Shown: positions 51,766-63,221 of the stretch, one piece after another
Layout: the number at the start of each line of letters is the position of its first letter
How positions within the stretch are numbered: position 1 is the first letter of the stretch
Assembly (NCBI GenBank): GCA_963816395.1
Contig: CAWFKQ010000005.1
Location: 416,001 to 480,000 of the forward strand
Origin: an uncultured delta proteobacterium
GTDB taxonomy: Bacteria; Desulfobacterota; Desulfuromonadia; Desulfuromonadales; JACZKF01
Length of the DNA stretch: 64,000 nucleotides
Direction of reading: 5' to 3'
Notes under the pieces: generated by a model
What the model was told of the DNA's origin: nothing
The model's input: the letters and a program-made list of their open reading frames with translations, nothing else
The model's database searches: none
Translations under genes and position numbers: made by a program

Positions 51766-53586
51766 TTATCCCAGCATTTCCCGCCGGCGCTCATCTTCCC
51801 GCCGCAAGTGCCGTCGCCGTTCCCTTTCCCGCCTCTCGGGACCGGTGTAGGCCTGTGCCTGGCGCTGCACCAGGAGGGCGTAATAGCCCCCCGCAGCCAG
51901 GAGTTCCTCGTGCCGCCCCGACTCGAGAATCCGGCCGTCCTTGAGAACGACGATGCGATCGGCGTTCACCACGGTGGAGAGGCGATGGGCAATGACGAAG
52001 GTGGTGCGCCCAAGGATCAGCCTCTCCAGTGCCTCCTGCACCTGCGCCTCCAGTTCCACATCGAGGGCAGAAGTAGCCTCGTCAAGGATGAGGATCGGCG
52101 GGTCCTTCAGCAGGGCCCGGGCAATGGCGATGCGCTGCCGCTCGCCGCCGGAGAGTCGACTGCCGCGCTCCCCGACTTCCGTATCGTACCCTTTTTCCAG
52201 GGCCATGATGAAGTCGTGGGCATTGGCGGCCCGCGCCGCCGCCTCGATCTCCTCGCGGCTCGCCTCGGGACGGCCGTAGGCGATGTTGTCGCGCACCGGC
52301 TCATTAAACAACAGGGCGTCCTGCAGCACCACCCCGATATGCCGCCGCATGCTCATCTGCCGCAGGCCGCGCAAGTCCCTGCCGTCCAGGCGGATGACAC
52401 CGCGGGTCGGATCATAGAACCGCTGCAGCAGGGCCATCATGGTGCTCTTGCCGGCGCCGCTGGGGCCGACTATGGCGATCATCTCTCCCGGCTGCACTCG
52501 CAGATCGATGCCGCGCAGGATGACATTCCCGGTCGCACCGTAGGCGAAGTGCACGTCCTCGAACTCCACCTCGCCACGCAGCGCGGTCACCTCCCGAGCA
52601 TCCGGGGCATCGCCGATGTGCTCCTGGGTGTCGAGGATGGCAAAGATCTGGTCGAGAGAGACGCTGGCGGTGCGCAAAGTTTTATAGATCCCGGTCAACC
52701 CCTGCACCGGCCCGAACAGGCCACCGACGTAACCGAGAAAAGCCACCAGGGTGCCGAGGGTCGCCTCGCCGTGCAGGATAAGCAGCCCACCGGCAGCGAT
52801 AGCGGCCAGGCGGGCCGCGGTAACAGCGACATTCTGCAGGGCGCCGACGCTCGAATCGAAGCCGATACCGCGGACCACCACCCGGTTCGCATCCTCCACA
52901 TCCCGGAGGAAGCGGCGTTTTTCAGCGTCCTCCATGGCGAAGCTGCGCACCGTCACGATCCCCGAAAGAATTTCGTTGAAACGGGCATAGATGCGGGCCC
53001 ATTTATCCATCAGGAACTGCTCGCGGCGCGTCTGGTTCGGGGCCGCGAAAGCGGCGACCGCCGCCGGCAGCGGGGCGAATGCAAGCACCAGCACGGTCAG
53101 GCGCCAGTCAAGGCGCAGCATGACGACGATCGCCAGGACCAGATAAGCGAGGGCCGGCAGGACGTTGAAAGAGATCTCGCTGATCGCCCCGATGAACCCC
53201 TGGATACCCCGTTCGAGACGGGTCATGATCGCCCCCACTCCCTCCCGTCGATGGATATCATGCGGCAGCCGGTGCAGTTTCTCCACCGTGGCGTCGAGCA
53301 GGGCATAATGAATACCGATGCGCGTTCGCCAGGAGAGCCAGTTGGAAAAGCCGCCGCCGATTTCCCGGAACACGGCCAGCCCGACCAGCAGCAGCACTCC
53401 CGTCAACAGCGCCCGCAGCGTGCCGTTCCCACCCAGCCGGTCGAAGATATATTTCATCACCAGCGGCTCCAGGGCGTTGGCCGCCGCCACCACAAAGGTG
53501 ATGAACAGAATCAGCACCACCAGCCTGCGGTGCGGCCGGGCAAAAGCCATCGCCCGACGCAGGCGGGAAGGTCCTCCGGTCTGCAT
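51766..53586 (-). CDS. ABC exporter (TMD+NBD, MsbA-like)
   Basis: GPSGAGKS, LSGGERQR, LDEATSALD. Confidence 0.93.
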   Translation of the reverse strand: MQTGGPSRLRRAMAFARPHRRLVVLILFITFVVAAANALEPLVMKYIFDRLGGNGTLRALLTGVLLLVGLAVFREIGGGFSNWLSWRTRIGIHYALLDATVEKLHRLPHDIHRREGVGAIMTRLERGIQGFIGAISEISFNVLPALAYLVLAIVVMLRLDWRLTVLVLAFAPLPAAVAAFAAPNQTRREQFLMDKWARIYARFNEILSGIVTVRSFAMEDAEKRRFLRDVEDANRVVVRGIGFDSSVGALQNVAVTAARLAAIAAGGLLILHGEATLGTLVAFLGYVGGLFGPVQGLTGIYKTLRTASVSLDQIFAILDTQEHIGDAPDAREVTALRGEVEFEDVHFAYGATGNVILRGIDLRVQPGEMIAIVGPSGAGKSTMMALLQRFYDPTRGVIRLDGRDLRGLRQMSMRRHIGVVLQDALLFNEPVRDNIAYGRPEASREEIEAAARAANAHDFIMALEKGYDTEVGERGSRLSGGERQRIAIARALLKDPPILILDEATSALDVELEAQVQEALERLILGRTTFVIAHRLSTVVNADRIVVLKDGRILESGRHEELLAAGGYYALLVQRQAQAYTGPERRERERRRHLRREDERRREMLG

Positions 53587-53769
53587 CGGCTACTCCTCGC
53601 GGATACGCACTTTCTGGGATTATAGACGAGGCCGGCAGCGCGGGCCAGCAGTTACCGGCGAGGAGGCCGCTGTGCAGCAGGAGCGATACTTTCAGCCCGG
53701 TTTTTGTCCAACCAAAGTTCGGGTAGAAAAAACAAGCGGATAGGCAGGTTTAAAATCCAACCGACGGCC

Positions 53770-53798
53770 TTGACATCCGCCTCAGCCAGCACCATAAT
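53770..53798 (+). promoter_or_regulatory. Sigma70-type promoter of asnB cluster
   Basis: TTGACA-17 nt-CATAAT. Confidence 0.65.
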
Positions 53799-53842
53799 TA
53801 AACCCGAAAATTAAATTACTTTAATTCATTGGGATAACTTCC

Positions 53843-55890
53843 ATGTGTGGCATAGCCGGCATACTCAACCTGGAAAACGCCTCCCCCGTTGCGGAAGACC
53901 TGCTGTTGCGGATGGTTTCCATCCTCCGCCACCGCGGACCGGATGAGTCGGGAATTTATCTGGAGCCTCAGATCGGCCTCGGCCAGGCCCGGCTGAGCAT
54001 CATCGGCCTGGACGGCGGCACCCAGCCGATCGGCAATGAGGATGGCTCGCTCTGGATCGTCTACAACGGTGAGGCCTTCAACTACCTGGAACTCAGGGAA
54101 GAGCTCCGCCGCCGGGGACATCGCTTCGCTACCGAGACCGACACCGAAGTGGTCCTCCACCTCTATGAGGAATGGGGGCCACGCTGTCTGGAGCGGATCA
54201 ACGGCCAATTCGCCCTGGCCATCTGGGACGCCGATAAGCGGGAGCTCTTCCTGGCGCGCGACCGGGTCGGCATCCGCCCCCTCTATTTTACCCGCGCCGG
54301 CGGCTGCTTGCTGTTCGCCTCGGAGATCAAGGCGCTCTTCCTGCACCCGGAGGTCCGTCGGGAAATTGATCTGCAGAGCCTGGCGCAGGTATTTACCTTC
54401 TGGACCACCCTTACGCCGAGGACGGTCTTCCGCGGCGTGCAGGAGGTCCCGCCAGGCCATTACCTGCGCATCCGCGACGGCCGCCTGACCGAAAAGGCCT
54501 GGTGGCAGCTCCCCTATTCCCCCCCGGCGGAGCGCCGGCCGGGCACCCTGCCCGAGGCGCGGGAGGAACTCGCCGCCCTGCTGGCCGATTCGGTGCGCCT
54601 GCGCCTGCGCGCCGATGTTCCGGTCGGTGCTTACCTCAGCGGCGGCCTTGATTCTTCCATTCTCTCCACCCTGGCTGCCGATGCCCTGGGCGAAAACGGT
54701 CTGCGCACCTTCTCCCTGCGTTTTGCCGAGAGTGCCTTTGACGAGACCCCTTTCCAGCAGGAGATGGTGCGTTTTCTCGGCACCGACCACCGCGAACTCC
54801 AGGTGGCCGGCGCGGACCTCGGCCGGCACTCTGGCCGAAGTGGCCTGGCACTGTGAAAAACCGCTGCTGCGCACCAGCCCGATCCCCCTCTTCCTGCTTT
54901 CCCGGCTGGTGCGGGACAGCGGCCTGAAGGTGGTGCTCACCGGCGAGGGAGCGGACGAGATCTTCGGCGGCTACAACATCTTCAAGGAAGCTAAAGTCCG
55001 CCATTACTGGTCCCGTCGGCCGCAATCCTTGCGCCGCCCCCGGCTGCTCGAGCGGCTTTATCCCTACGTATTCCGGAATCCGGGACGGGAGCGCTATTTC
55101 CTGCAGAAATTTTTTTCCGTGCAGCCCGGCCGGGAGGACGGACCCCTGCTTCTCCCATCAGATCCGCTGGGCCGAGGGCCGGCGTCTGCTGCACTTCTTC
55201 TCCCCCGCTGCCGCCGCCGCCCTGAACGGGTATGATCCTCTCGTCGAGCTGCCTCCCCTGCTGCCGCCGGATTTCGCCGACCGCGACCTGCTCTCCCGCG
55301 CCCAGTGGCTGGAGATGAATATTTTCCTCAGCAACTATCTCCTCTCCAGTCAGGGGGACCGAGTGGCTATGGCTCATTCACTGGAGCTGCGGCATCCTTT
55401 CCTCGACTACCGGGTGATCGATTTTGCCCTGCGCCTGCCCGCCTCCTGGAAATTGCGGGCCTTGCAGGAGAAATATCTTTTGAAATCGACCTTCCACCGC
55501 CGGCTGCCGAAGAGTGTGGTGCAGCGGCCGAAGCAGCCATACCGGGCGCCGATCCGCGAGCTCTTCCTGGATTGCGGGGGCGACTCCCTCCTCGGCCAGG
55601 TCTTAAGTCAGGAGGCGCTGCGTGATGCGGGGCTGTTTAATCCAGCCAAGGTCGACCAACTGCTGCGGCGCCTCCGGGAAGGGACTCCGGGATCGTCTGA
55701 ATGGCAGAACATGGCGCTGGTCGGCATCGCCACCAGTCAACTGCTCCATCATCAGTTTATCCGCGGAGCATCTCTGCCGGCCGAGCCGCCAGCAGCTGCG
55801 GATCTGATTGTACGCCGGCCGGCGTCCGGCTCCCGGGACGCGGTCGGGCCGGAAGTCTTTTCCCCAAGGGAGGTAAGGAAAACAGGATGA
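53843..55890 (+). CDS. asnB: AsnB-family glutamine amidotransferase, two frameshifts
   Basis: MCGIAG, HRGPD, LSGGLDSS, TGEGADE, ELRHPFLD across three frames. Confidence 0.88.
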
Positions 55891-56924
55891 ATGAAGCTCA
55901 GGTAGCAGCAAGGACTATCTTTTCAGCCGAGGCGCTCCGCCTCGACCCGGCCCGTGAAAGCGAAATGATCTGTGCCAGACTGCGGGCACTGCTGGCCGCT
56001 CCGCTGCACCGGCGGGGAGTGGTGATCGGCCTCTCCGGCGGCATCGACAGCAGCGTCACCGCCGCCCTGGCGGCCCGGGCAGTAGGGCCGCAGCGGGTGC
56101 TCGCCCTGCAGATGCCGGAGCGCCACTCGGCACCCGAAACCCTCTGGCTCAGCCGCCTGGCAGCGGATCATCTGGGGATCCGCCACCTGCACGAGGACAT
56201 TACCGGAATCCTGGAGGCCGTTGGTTTCTACCGCCGCTATGCCGAAGCGGTACGCCAGGTCATTCCCGAATACGGCGACGGCTGGACCTCGAAGATCATC
56301 TCCGACCCCTCGGCCGGCGGCTTTCATCTCTTCTCCCTGGTTGCCCGACGGCCCGACGGATCACTGTTGACCCGGCGCCTGCCGCTCCGCGCCTATCTGG
56401 AGATCGTCGCCGCCACCAATTTCAAGCAGCGGATCCGAAAAATGCTCGAATACTATCATGCCGATCGCCTGAATTATGCCGTCGCCGGAACTCCCAATCG
56501 CCTGGAGTACGACCAGGGATTCTTCGTCAAGCTCGGCGACGGGGCGGCCGACATCAAACCGATCGCCCATCTGTACAAATCGCAGGTTTACCAGTTGGCA
56601 AGCTACCTCGGGATCCCCGAGGAAATCATCCGACGGCCGCCCACCACCGACACCTATTCACTGCCCCAGGGGCAGGACGAATTCTATTTCACCCTGCCCC
56701 TGGCCAAACTCGATCTTTGTCTTTACGGCCTGAATCACGGCGTGCCGGCAGCTGACGTGGCGGCGGCGGGCGGTCTGGAGCCTCCGGAGGTGGAAGCCGT
56801 TTTTCGGGAAATCGAGGCAAAGCGTGCCGCCACGCGCTACCAGCATCTGTCGCCGCTGCTGGTGGAGGAGATCGCCGAAATCGGCGGCAATTCCCCGTTT
56901 GCTGCCGCCATCCCGTGTGCCTGA
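55887..56924 (+). CDS. NadE-like (NH3-dependent NAD synthetase fold) adenylating enzyme
   Basis: GLSGGIDSS, NFKQRIR, GFFVKLGDG, KPIAHLYKSQV; ATGA overlap with asnB. Confidence 0.85.
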   Translation: MNEAQVAARTIFSAEALRLDPARESEMICARLRALLAAPLHRRGVVIGLSGGIDSSVTAALAARAVGPQRVLALQMPERHSAPETLWLSRLAADHLGIRHLHEDITGILEAVGFYRRYAEAVRQVIPEYGDGWTSKIISDPSAGGFHLFSLVARRPDGSLLTRRLPLRAYLEIVAATNFKQRIRKMLEYYHADRLNYAVAGTPNRLEYDQGFFVKLGDGAADIKPIAHLYKSQVYQLASYLGIPEEIIRRPPTTDTYSLPQGQDEFYFTLPLAKLDLCLYGLNHGVPAADVAAAGGLEPPEVEAVFREIEAKRAATRYQHLSPLLVEEIAEIGGNSPFAAAIPCA

Positions 56925-56967
56925 AATATTTTCCCGGCGGTTTTCGCCGGAAGAAAGGAATCAATTT

Positions 56968-57249
56968 ATGAACGACATCAAGGGCAGGATCAGGGCATTC
57001 ATTGTGGACAATTTCCTCTTCGGCGATGACGCCGGTCTGAGGGAGGAATCCTCCTTCCTCGAGGAGGGAATAATCGACTCGACGGGGGTTCTTGAACTGG
57101 TTACCTTTATCGAGGAGGAGTTCGAACTGACCATCCTTGACGAAGAATTGATACCGGAGAACTTCGATTCCATTAACCGGGTTGCGCGCTTTTTACAGGA
57201 AAAACAGCGGGAGGCACTAGACGTACGGCCCCTGCCGGCGACGATGTAG
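56968..57249 (+). CDS. Acyl carrier protein
   Basis: GIIDSTGVLEL (Ppant Ser), PENFDSI. Confidence 0.9.
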   Translation: MNDIKGRIRAFIVDNFLFGDDAGLREESSFLEEGIIDSTGVLELVTFIEEEFELTILDEELIPENFDSINRVARFLQEKQREALDVRPLPATM

Positions 57250-57302
57250 GCAAGGTATGCCGAAGTACGGATCGCGTTTTCAACCCAAAGGAGAGATGAA
57301 CC

Positions 57303-58942
57303 GTGATGCTGGTACAGAACTTCCTGGAGCAGGCGGCGACGCGGCGGCCCGCCAAGACGGCCCTGGTCTGCGCCGGAAGGCGCCTGAGCTATGCCGAAAT
57401 CGACGCCCGGGCCGACCGTCTGGCCGCGGCGCTGGCCGAAATGGGGGTGCGGCGCCATGACCGGGTGGTCATTTTCCTGGAGAACTCCCCCGAGGCGGTG
57501 ATCGCGCTTTTCGGCATCCTCAAGGCCGGCGCCGCTTTCGTCCTGCTCAACCCGGGGATGAAGGCGGCGAAGCTGGCCTTCATCCTCAACGACTGCGGCG
57601 CCCGGGCCATCATCGCCCATGCCGGCCGCCGAGCCGGTGGTCGGGGAGGCGCTCGCTCAGGCGCCTGAAGTGAAGGCGCGTTATCTGGTGCGGCGACTGC
57701 CCGCCGCCGGCGGTCCGCCCTGGACGGCAAGGACCCAGGCCCGGTGGGAAACGGTTGTCGACCGTCTCCCTGCCGGTCCGCCGGCCCGGCCCCCGGCATC
57801 GACATCGATCTGGCGACAATCATCTACACCTCCGGTTCGACCGGCGAGCCGAAGGGGGTCGTTTCGACGCACTACAACGTGGTGGCAGCGGCGCGCAGCA
57901 TCACCACTTACCTGCGCAATCAGGAGGAGGACATCATCCTTAATGCCCTGCCCCTCTCCTTCGACTACGGGCTCTATCAGGCACTGATGGCCACCCTTTT
58001 CGGCGGCACGCTGGTGCTGGAGAAATCCTTCGTCTTCCCCTACAAGATCCTGGAGCGCCTGGTGGAGGAGCGGGTCACCGGCTTTCCCATCGTGCCCACC
58101 ATGGTCGCCCTGCTGCTGCAGATGGAGGATCTGCGGCGCTTCGACCTCAGTACCCTGCGCTACATCACCAACACCGCCGCCGCCCTGCCCGTCCCTTATA
58201 TCCAGCGCTTGCGGGCGCTCTTTCCCCAGGTGCAGATCTATTCCATGTACGGGCTGACCGAGTGCAAGCGCGCTCTTTACCTGCCGCCGGAGGAACTCGC
58301 CCGCCGACCCCGGTTCGGTGGGCATCCCCATTCCCAACGAGGAAGCGTTCGTGGTGGACGAGGCAGGGCAGGAGGTCGCGCCGGGGGAGATCGGTGAGCT
58401 GGTGATCCGTGGGCAGAACGTCATGCAGGGTTATTGGAACCGCCCCGAGGAAACCGCCCGCACCTTCCGCCCGGGGCGCTGGCGCGGCGGAAACCCTCCT
58501 CTACACCGGCGATCTGTTCCGACGGGATGCCGAGGGCTTCCTCTATTTCGTCGCCCGCAAGGATGATCTGATCAAGACCAAGGGCGAACGGGTCAGCCCC
58601 CGGGAGATCGAAAACATCCTGTGCGCCCTCGACGGCGTGGCCGAGGCGGCCGTCATCGGCGTCCCGGACGAGATCCTCGGGCAGGCCATCAAGGCATACG
58701 TTGTGCCGGCCACCGGCCGGCGCTTGCGGGAGGAGGAAATCCTGCGCGGCTGCGTTCGCCAGCTTGAGTCGTTCATGGTCCCGAAATACCTGGAAATTCG
58801 TGAGAGCCTGCCGAAATCGGCGAGCGGCAAAATCGACAAGAAAAGTCTGGCCGCCGAAGATCCCCGGCACCGCTCACTGTTGTCCGCCGGGCAACCTGCC
58901 GCCTCGCCGGAGACATTCGCCTGCCTGCCGATCGGCGGCTGA
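57303..58942 (+). CDS. AMP-dependent (ANL) ligase, frameshifted
   Basis: YTSGSTGEPKG, SFDYG, YGLTE, TGD, PKSASGKIDK. Confidence 0.88.
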
Positions 58943-59012
58943 CCGAGATGAAACTTTTCGCCGGCGGGATCGGGAGCCCGCCCCTCACTACACACCTTGC
59001 TATACTGGAGTG

Positions 59013-60164
59013 ATGGCGCACGCTACCCGTCTCTTCCAGGCAGGCCTCGCTTTAGCACTTCTCCTGCTCTCCGGCTGCGTCCCTGATCACCCCTACGAGT
59101 CAGCTCTGCTCCTCGCCGATTTCGCCGCCGGCAGCGGCCCCAGCAGATTGAAGACACAGACGCCGGTGCCACGCCGAGAATCTCTGCGTATCACAATCCG
59201 CGACCGCAGCTACCAGGCTGACCTTTACACCTCCGGGGAGAAGCCGATGGCGCCTCTTCTGATCGTTCCCGGTGCCGCCGAGTCAGGGAAAGACGACCCG
59301 CGGCTGGTCGCCTTCGCCACCAGCCTGGCCCGGGTCCGCTTTGCCGTTCTCGTCCCCGACCTTCCCGGCCTGCGCCGCCTGCAGGTCAGCACCGCCAACA
59401 TACAGGAGGTGGCCGACGTCTTCAGCTGGCTGCTCGCCCGCCCGGAACTGGCGCCGGCCGGAAGGGGCGGCATGGTCGCTTTCAGCTACGGCGCCGGACC
59501 GGCCCTGCTGGCCGCCCGCCAGCCGGAGCTGCGTGAACGGGCGGCCTTCCTGCTGCTCGTCGGGGGCTACTACGACCTGCCGGCGGCCCTGACCTATTTC
59601 ACCACCGGCTGGTATCGGCAGGAGGGCGAGTGGCGCCACCAGGAGCCGAATGCCTACGGCAAGTGGGTCTTCGTCCAGGCCAACCTGGAGCGGGTGACGG
59701 ACGCCCGCGACCGGGAGCTGCTGCGAACGATAGCCGAACGCAAGATGTCGAACCTGCAGGCGCCGGTGACCGACCTCGCCGCCCGACTCGGCCCGGAGGG
59801 GCGCGCCCTTTATGCCTTCCTCACCAACCGCGACCCGCGGCGCACGCCCCTGCTGCTGCGCGAGCTGCCGGCGGCCATCCGCGAGGAAATTGCCGCCCTC
59901 GACCTGGCCACCAGGGACTTATCCCACCTGACCGCCCGCCTCCTGCTGGTGCACGGCTACGACGACCCGATCATCCCCTTCACCCAGAGCGTTGAGCTGG
60001 CCCGCGCCGCCCCGGATACCGAGCTCTTCCTGCTGCGCGGTCTCTACCATGTCGACCTGCGGCCCGGATGGGTCGACCGCTGGCGCCTCTGGCAGTTGAC
60101 TGGCAGCCTGCTGGGCCGGCGCGACGAACTCGCCACTCAGGCCGCACCCCTCCGTTCGCCTTAA
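59013..60164 (+). CDS. Alpha/beta-hydrolase-fold lipoprotein
   Basis: LSGC lipobox; AFSYGAG elbow; HGYDDPIIP. Confidence 0.7.
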   Translation: MAHATRLFQAGLALALLLLSGCVPDHPYESALLLADFAAGSGPSRLKTQTPVPRRESLRITIRDRSYQADLYTSGEKPMAPLLIVPGAAESGKDDPRLVAFATSLARVRFAVLVPDLPGLRRLQVSTANIQEVADVFSWLLARPELAPAGRGGMVAFSYGAGPALLAARQPELRERAAFLLLVGGYYDLPAALTYFTTGWYRQEGEWRHQEPNAYGKWVFVQANLERVTDARDRELLRTIAERKMSNLQAPVTDLAARLGPEGRALYAFLTNRDPRRTPLLLRELPAAIREEIAALDLATRDLSHLTARLLLVHGYDDPIIPFTQSVELARAAPDTELFLLRGLYHVDLRPGWVDRWRLWQLTGSLLGRRDELATQAAPLRSP

Positions 60165-60265
60165 TTCATTATAACTAGCTGTTAAATAATAATTTTTCTA
60201 CTTGCAATTACCTCCTGTTCTGTTATTGGAAAGATAGAACCCGTTCTTGTGCAAAGGAGGTCCAA

Positions 60266-60976
60266 ATGATCAGGAGAGGATTATCCGGCTTGTCCGGCGC
60301 GGCTTTCGGCGCCGTCCTGCTGCTTTTCGCCGCCGCCCCGGTGCAGGCGTTGACCATGTACAGCAGCGACCTGACCCCGCTCAACGACTCCGGAGTTTTT
60401 GGCACGGTCCAGATGACCATGGATGACAACCTGCTGACGGTGCACATCGAAGCCCACGGCCTTGAGGCCGACCAATTGCACCCGCAGCATATCCATGGGC
60501 TCTTCGGCCCCGATGGCGCTCCGACCGCTTCCGTTCTGCCCACCATGGCTCTTGACACCGACGGCGACGGGTACATCGAACTGGGTGAAGGACAAGCCGC
60601 CTATGGGCCGGTCCTCCTCCCCCTGACCTCACCGCCCGGCGGCGCCGCCGGCGATTACCCGGTCGCCAATAACGGCGGCAACATCAATTTCAAGGAGACT
60701 TACGATCTCACCGATGCCGGCGTGTTCGCCGACGACTTCGTCCGCAGCATGCTGCTCCCCCTCTCCCTGCGCGAGATCGTCCTGCACGGGATGACCGTAG
60801 CCGGCGACGTCGGCGCGGGAACCGGCGGTGAAGTCGACGGCACTCCCGGCTACAAGGCTTCCCTGCCGGTAGCGGCTGGCCTGATTGAGGCGGTGCCGGT
60901 GCCCGAACCGGCCACCCTGCTCCTCACCGGCCTCGGCCTGCTCGGGCTGGCCGCCAGACGACGCCGGCATGGCTGA
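60266..60976 (+). CDS. PEP-CTERM surface protein with His-rich (CHRD-like) domain
   Basis: Signal peptide; HPQHIHG; VPEPATLLLTGLGLLGLAARRRR. Confidence 0.88.
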   Translation: MIRRGLSGLSGAAFGAVLLLFAAAPVQALTMYSSDLTPLNDSGVFGTVQMTMDDNLLTVHIEAHGLEADQLHPQHIHGLFGPDGAPTASVLPTMALDTDGDGYIELGEGQAAYGPVLLPLTSPPGGAAGDYPVANNGGNINFKETYDLTDAGVFADDFVRSMLLPLSLREIVLHGMTVAGDVGAGTGGEVDGTPGYKASLPVAAGLIEAVPVPEPATLLLTGLGLLGLAARRRRHG

Positions 60977-61168
60977 CCGGTGCACGCTGGCGCCTCGGTC
61001 GCGGGATGTGCAGTTCCTGACAGCCGTCGGCGCCAGCCAGGAAAGCAGGAGAAAACGCCATGACACTCCATCCCCTCCGACTCCTGCCCCTGCTGCTCCT
61101 GCTCGGGCTGGGGCCGGGGCGGGCCGCTGGCGTGGCCGCCGGCACAACCGCCAAGAGGAGATAACAAA

Positions 61169-61627
61169 ATGGGACTTGAACTTTCCAGCCCGGTGATCCG
61201 CGACCAGAACATCCCGCAGCATTACACCTGCGACGGCGATAACGTCTCCCCACCTCTGGCCTGGGGCAATGTACCCGAGCAGGCGCAGAGTCTTACCCTG
61301 ATCGCCGAAGATCCGGACGCCCCCGGCGGTGTCTTCACCCACTGGCTGCTCTTCAACATCCCCCCCGGCGTCAAGGAACTCCCCGAGGACGTCCGCCGGG
61401 ACGAGACACTCCCCAACGGCGCCCGTCAAGGAATCAATGATTTCGGCAAGATCGGCTACGGCGGCCCCTGCCCTCCCGGCGGCACGCACCGCTACTATTT
61501 CAAGCTCTACGCCCTCGACACTCTGCTCGATCTGAAGCCAGGTGCGACCAAGGAACAGCTCCTCGATGCCATCCAGGGGCACATCCTGGCCGAGACCGAG
61601 GTCATGGGCAAATACTCGCGTCATTGA
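61169..61627 (+). CDS. YbhB/YbcL (PEBP) family protein
   Basis: DPDAP..FTHW, GYGGPCPP..HRY.F.LYALD. Confidence 0.93.
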   Translation: MGLELSSPVIRDQNIPQHYTCDGDNVSPPLAWGNVPEQAQSLTLIAEDPDAPGGVFTHWLLFNIPPGVKELPEDVRRDETLPNGARQGINDFGKIGYGGPCPPGGTHRYYFKLYALDTLLDLKPGATKEQLLDAIQGHILAETEVMGKYSRH

Positions 61628-61648
61628 CCTCCCTGCACCCATGCCAAC

Positions 61649-61676
61649 AAGGGCGCCCATCAGGGCGCCCTTTTTT
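61649..61676 (+). terminator. Rho-independent terminator
   Basis: AAGGGCGCCC-ATCA-GGGCGCCCTTTTTT. Confidence 0.75.
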
Positions 61677-61799
61677 GCCAAACATCCATCCGCCCGCCAG
61701 GATCCGAAAAATCCCCCACCGTTTCTCCTTGCCTCCCGGCACCGCCCTTTCCTATAATCCACTTCTTCGTATACCACCATTCGAATAAAGGAGTGCACC

Positions 61800-62306
61800 A
61801 TGAGCGTCGCCAACCCTCTCGTCCAGATGGAAACCTCGAAAGGCGAGATCATTCTCGAGCTCGATATCGCCAAGGCGCCCGCCACCGTCGAAAACTTCCT
61901 CGCCTACGCCCGCGCCGGCCATTATGATGGCACCATCTTTCACCGGGTTATCAAGGGATTCATGATCCAGGGCGGGGGCATGACGCCGGAGATGCAGGAG
62001 AAACCGACCGGGGCGCCGATAAAAAACGAGGCCGCCAATGGCCTGAAGAACCGGACGGGGACCATCGCCATGGCCCGCACCCAGGAGATCGACAGCGCCA
62101 CCGCCCAGTTCTTCATCAATACCGAGGACAACAAATTTCTCGACCATGTCGGTTCGAACAATTTCGGCTACGCGGTTTTCGGCAAGGTGGTCGATGGCAT
62201 GAATGTGGTTTACACCATCGAGCAGGTTGCCACTGGCAGCGCGGGAATGCACCAGGATGTGCCCAGGGAGCCGGTGATGATCGAAAAAGTTACGGTGGTG
62301 GAGTAA
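61800..62306 (+). CDS. Cyclophilin-type peptidyl-prolyl isomerase
   Basis: [33 protein letters not shown]. Confidence 0.95.
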   Translation: MSVANPLVQMETSKGEIILELDIAKAPATVENFLAYARAGHYDGTIFHRVIKGFMIQGGGMTPEMQEKPTGAPIKNEAANGLKNRTGTIAMARTQEIDSATAQFFINTEDNKFLDHVGSNNFGYAVFGKVVDGMNVVYTIEQVATGSAGMHQDVPREPVMIEKVTVVE

Positions 62307-62367
62307 CCAGACAAGCTGATCGTAGGCCGGTTTCCGGCTGGGCGGCGGCAACTGGGCAGGGATGAGA

Positions 62368-62397
62368 CAAAAGGGCAGCCAACCGGCCGCCCTTTTG
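62368..62397. terminator. Bidirectional terminator
   Basis: AAAAGGGCAGCC..GGCCGCCCTTTT between convergent genes. Confidence 0.65.
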
Positions 62398-62465
62398 TTC
62401 TTTTAACGGGAGAGAATACATCGCCGGTCGCTCCGGCGAAAAAGTCGTTTCCTGGTTTCGCCTGT

Positions 62466-63221
62466 TTACTTCATGAACTCGGTGAAGGGCACCTTCCGAT
62501 AATCGGCGGGCGGCTGGAACTCGGCATCCGGAACCGGCCCCTTTTCCACCTTCACGACCTCCTCCCCGCTCTCTTCGCCCTCCGCCCCCTGCGGCACGAT
62601 TTTGATCGGAAAGCCTTTCTGGTACAGCGACTGGTATTCCGCCGTATCCTCGGGAGCAGCAATCGGCGTGCTGCCCATCCCCGCCCCCATGCAGGAGGCC
62701 ATGCCACTGGCCATTTCGGAAAGCTTTTTCATATTTCCGAGTTCCTTGACCAGGGCAGGGTCATCGGAGAGCCACAGCTCCTCATAGGGTTCCCCGTCTA
62801 CCGTGACCTGATATTTTTCCGTATTGAAACCGGCGATTTTGCCACCGCTACCTTGCCGGGAAACGGAAACCCTCAGCGGTTTAACCGCCGGTTCCGCTTC
62901 CTTCGGCTTCATCATCTGCTCCATCATCGCCTTTTCTTCGGGCGACATGCCGCTCATGGCCTCCTGCATGGCACTTTTGCCCGCCTCACAGAAGTCCTCG
63001 ACCGTCCCTTGCGCATAGGCCTTGTCCTCGGCCTCAATGAGGGTGACCAACCCTTTCCGGGTGTCGAAAATATCGGTCTGGGCCTCCTGATCCGTGTGCT
63101 TTATCCGCCCATTGTCGATGTAGGTCCGACTGCCGTCCTTGTAGGTCAGGATGACTCCGGCCCAGGAAGTTGCGGTCAGGAGCATGGAGGACAAAACCAA
63201 TACGGGGATTTTCCTTTTCAT
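62466..63221 (-). CDS. Secreted protein, DUF4412-like
   Basis: Signal peptide; KIAGFNTEKY..E.W; C-terminal F.PPADY. Confidence 0.6.
   Translation of the reverse strand: MKRKIPVLVLSSMLLTATSWAGVILTYKDGSRTYIDNGRIKHTDQEAQTDIFDTRKGLVTLIEAEDKAYAQGTVEDFCEAGKSAMQEAMSGMSPEEKAMMEQMMKPKEAEPAVKPLRVSVSRQGSGGKIAGFNTEKYQVTVDGEPYEELWLSDDPALVKELGNMKKLSEMASGMASCMGAGMGSTPIAAPEDTAEYQSLYQKGFPIKIVPQGAEGEESGEEVVKVEKGPVPDAEFQPPADYRKVPFTEFMK

Noticed and set aside
51337..53625. Long antisense ORFs (also 1863-3818, 17553-19580, 20319-22301, 29962-31710, 32826-34562)
   Set aside because: Shadow frames of GC-rich genes with no motifs
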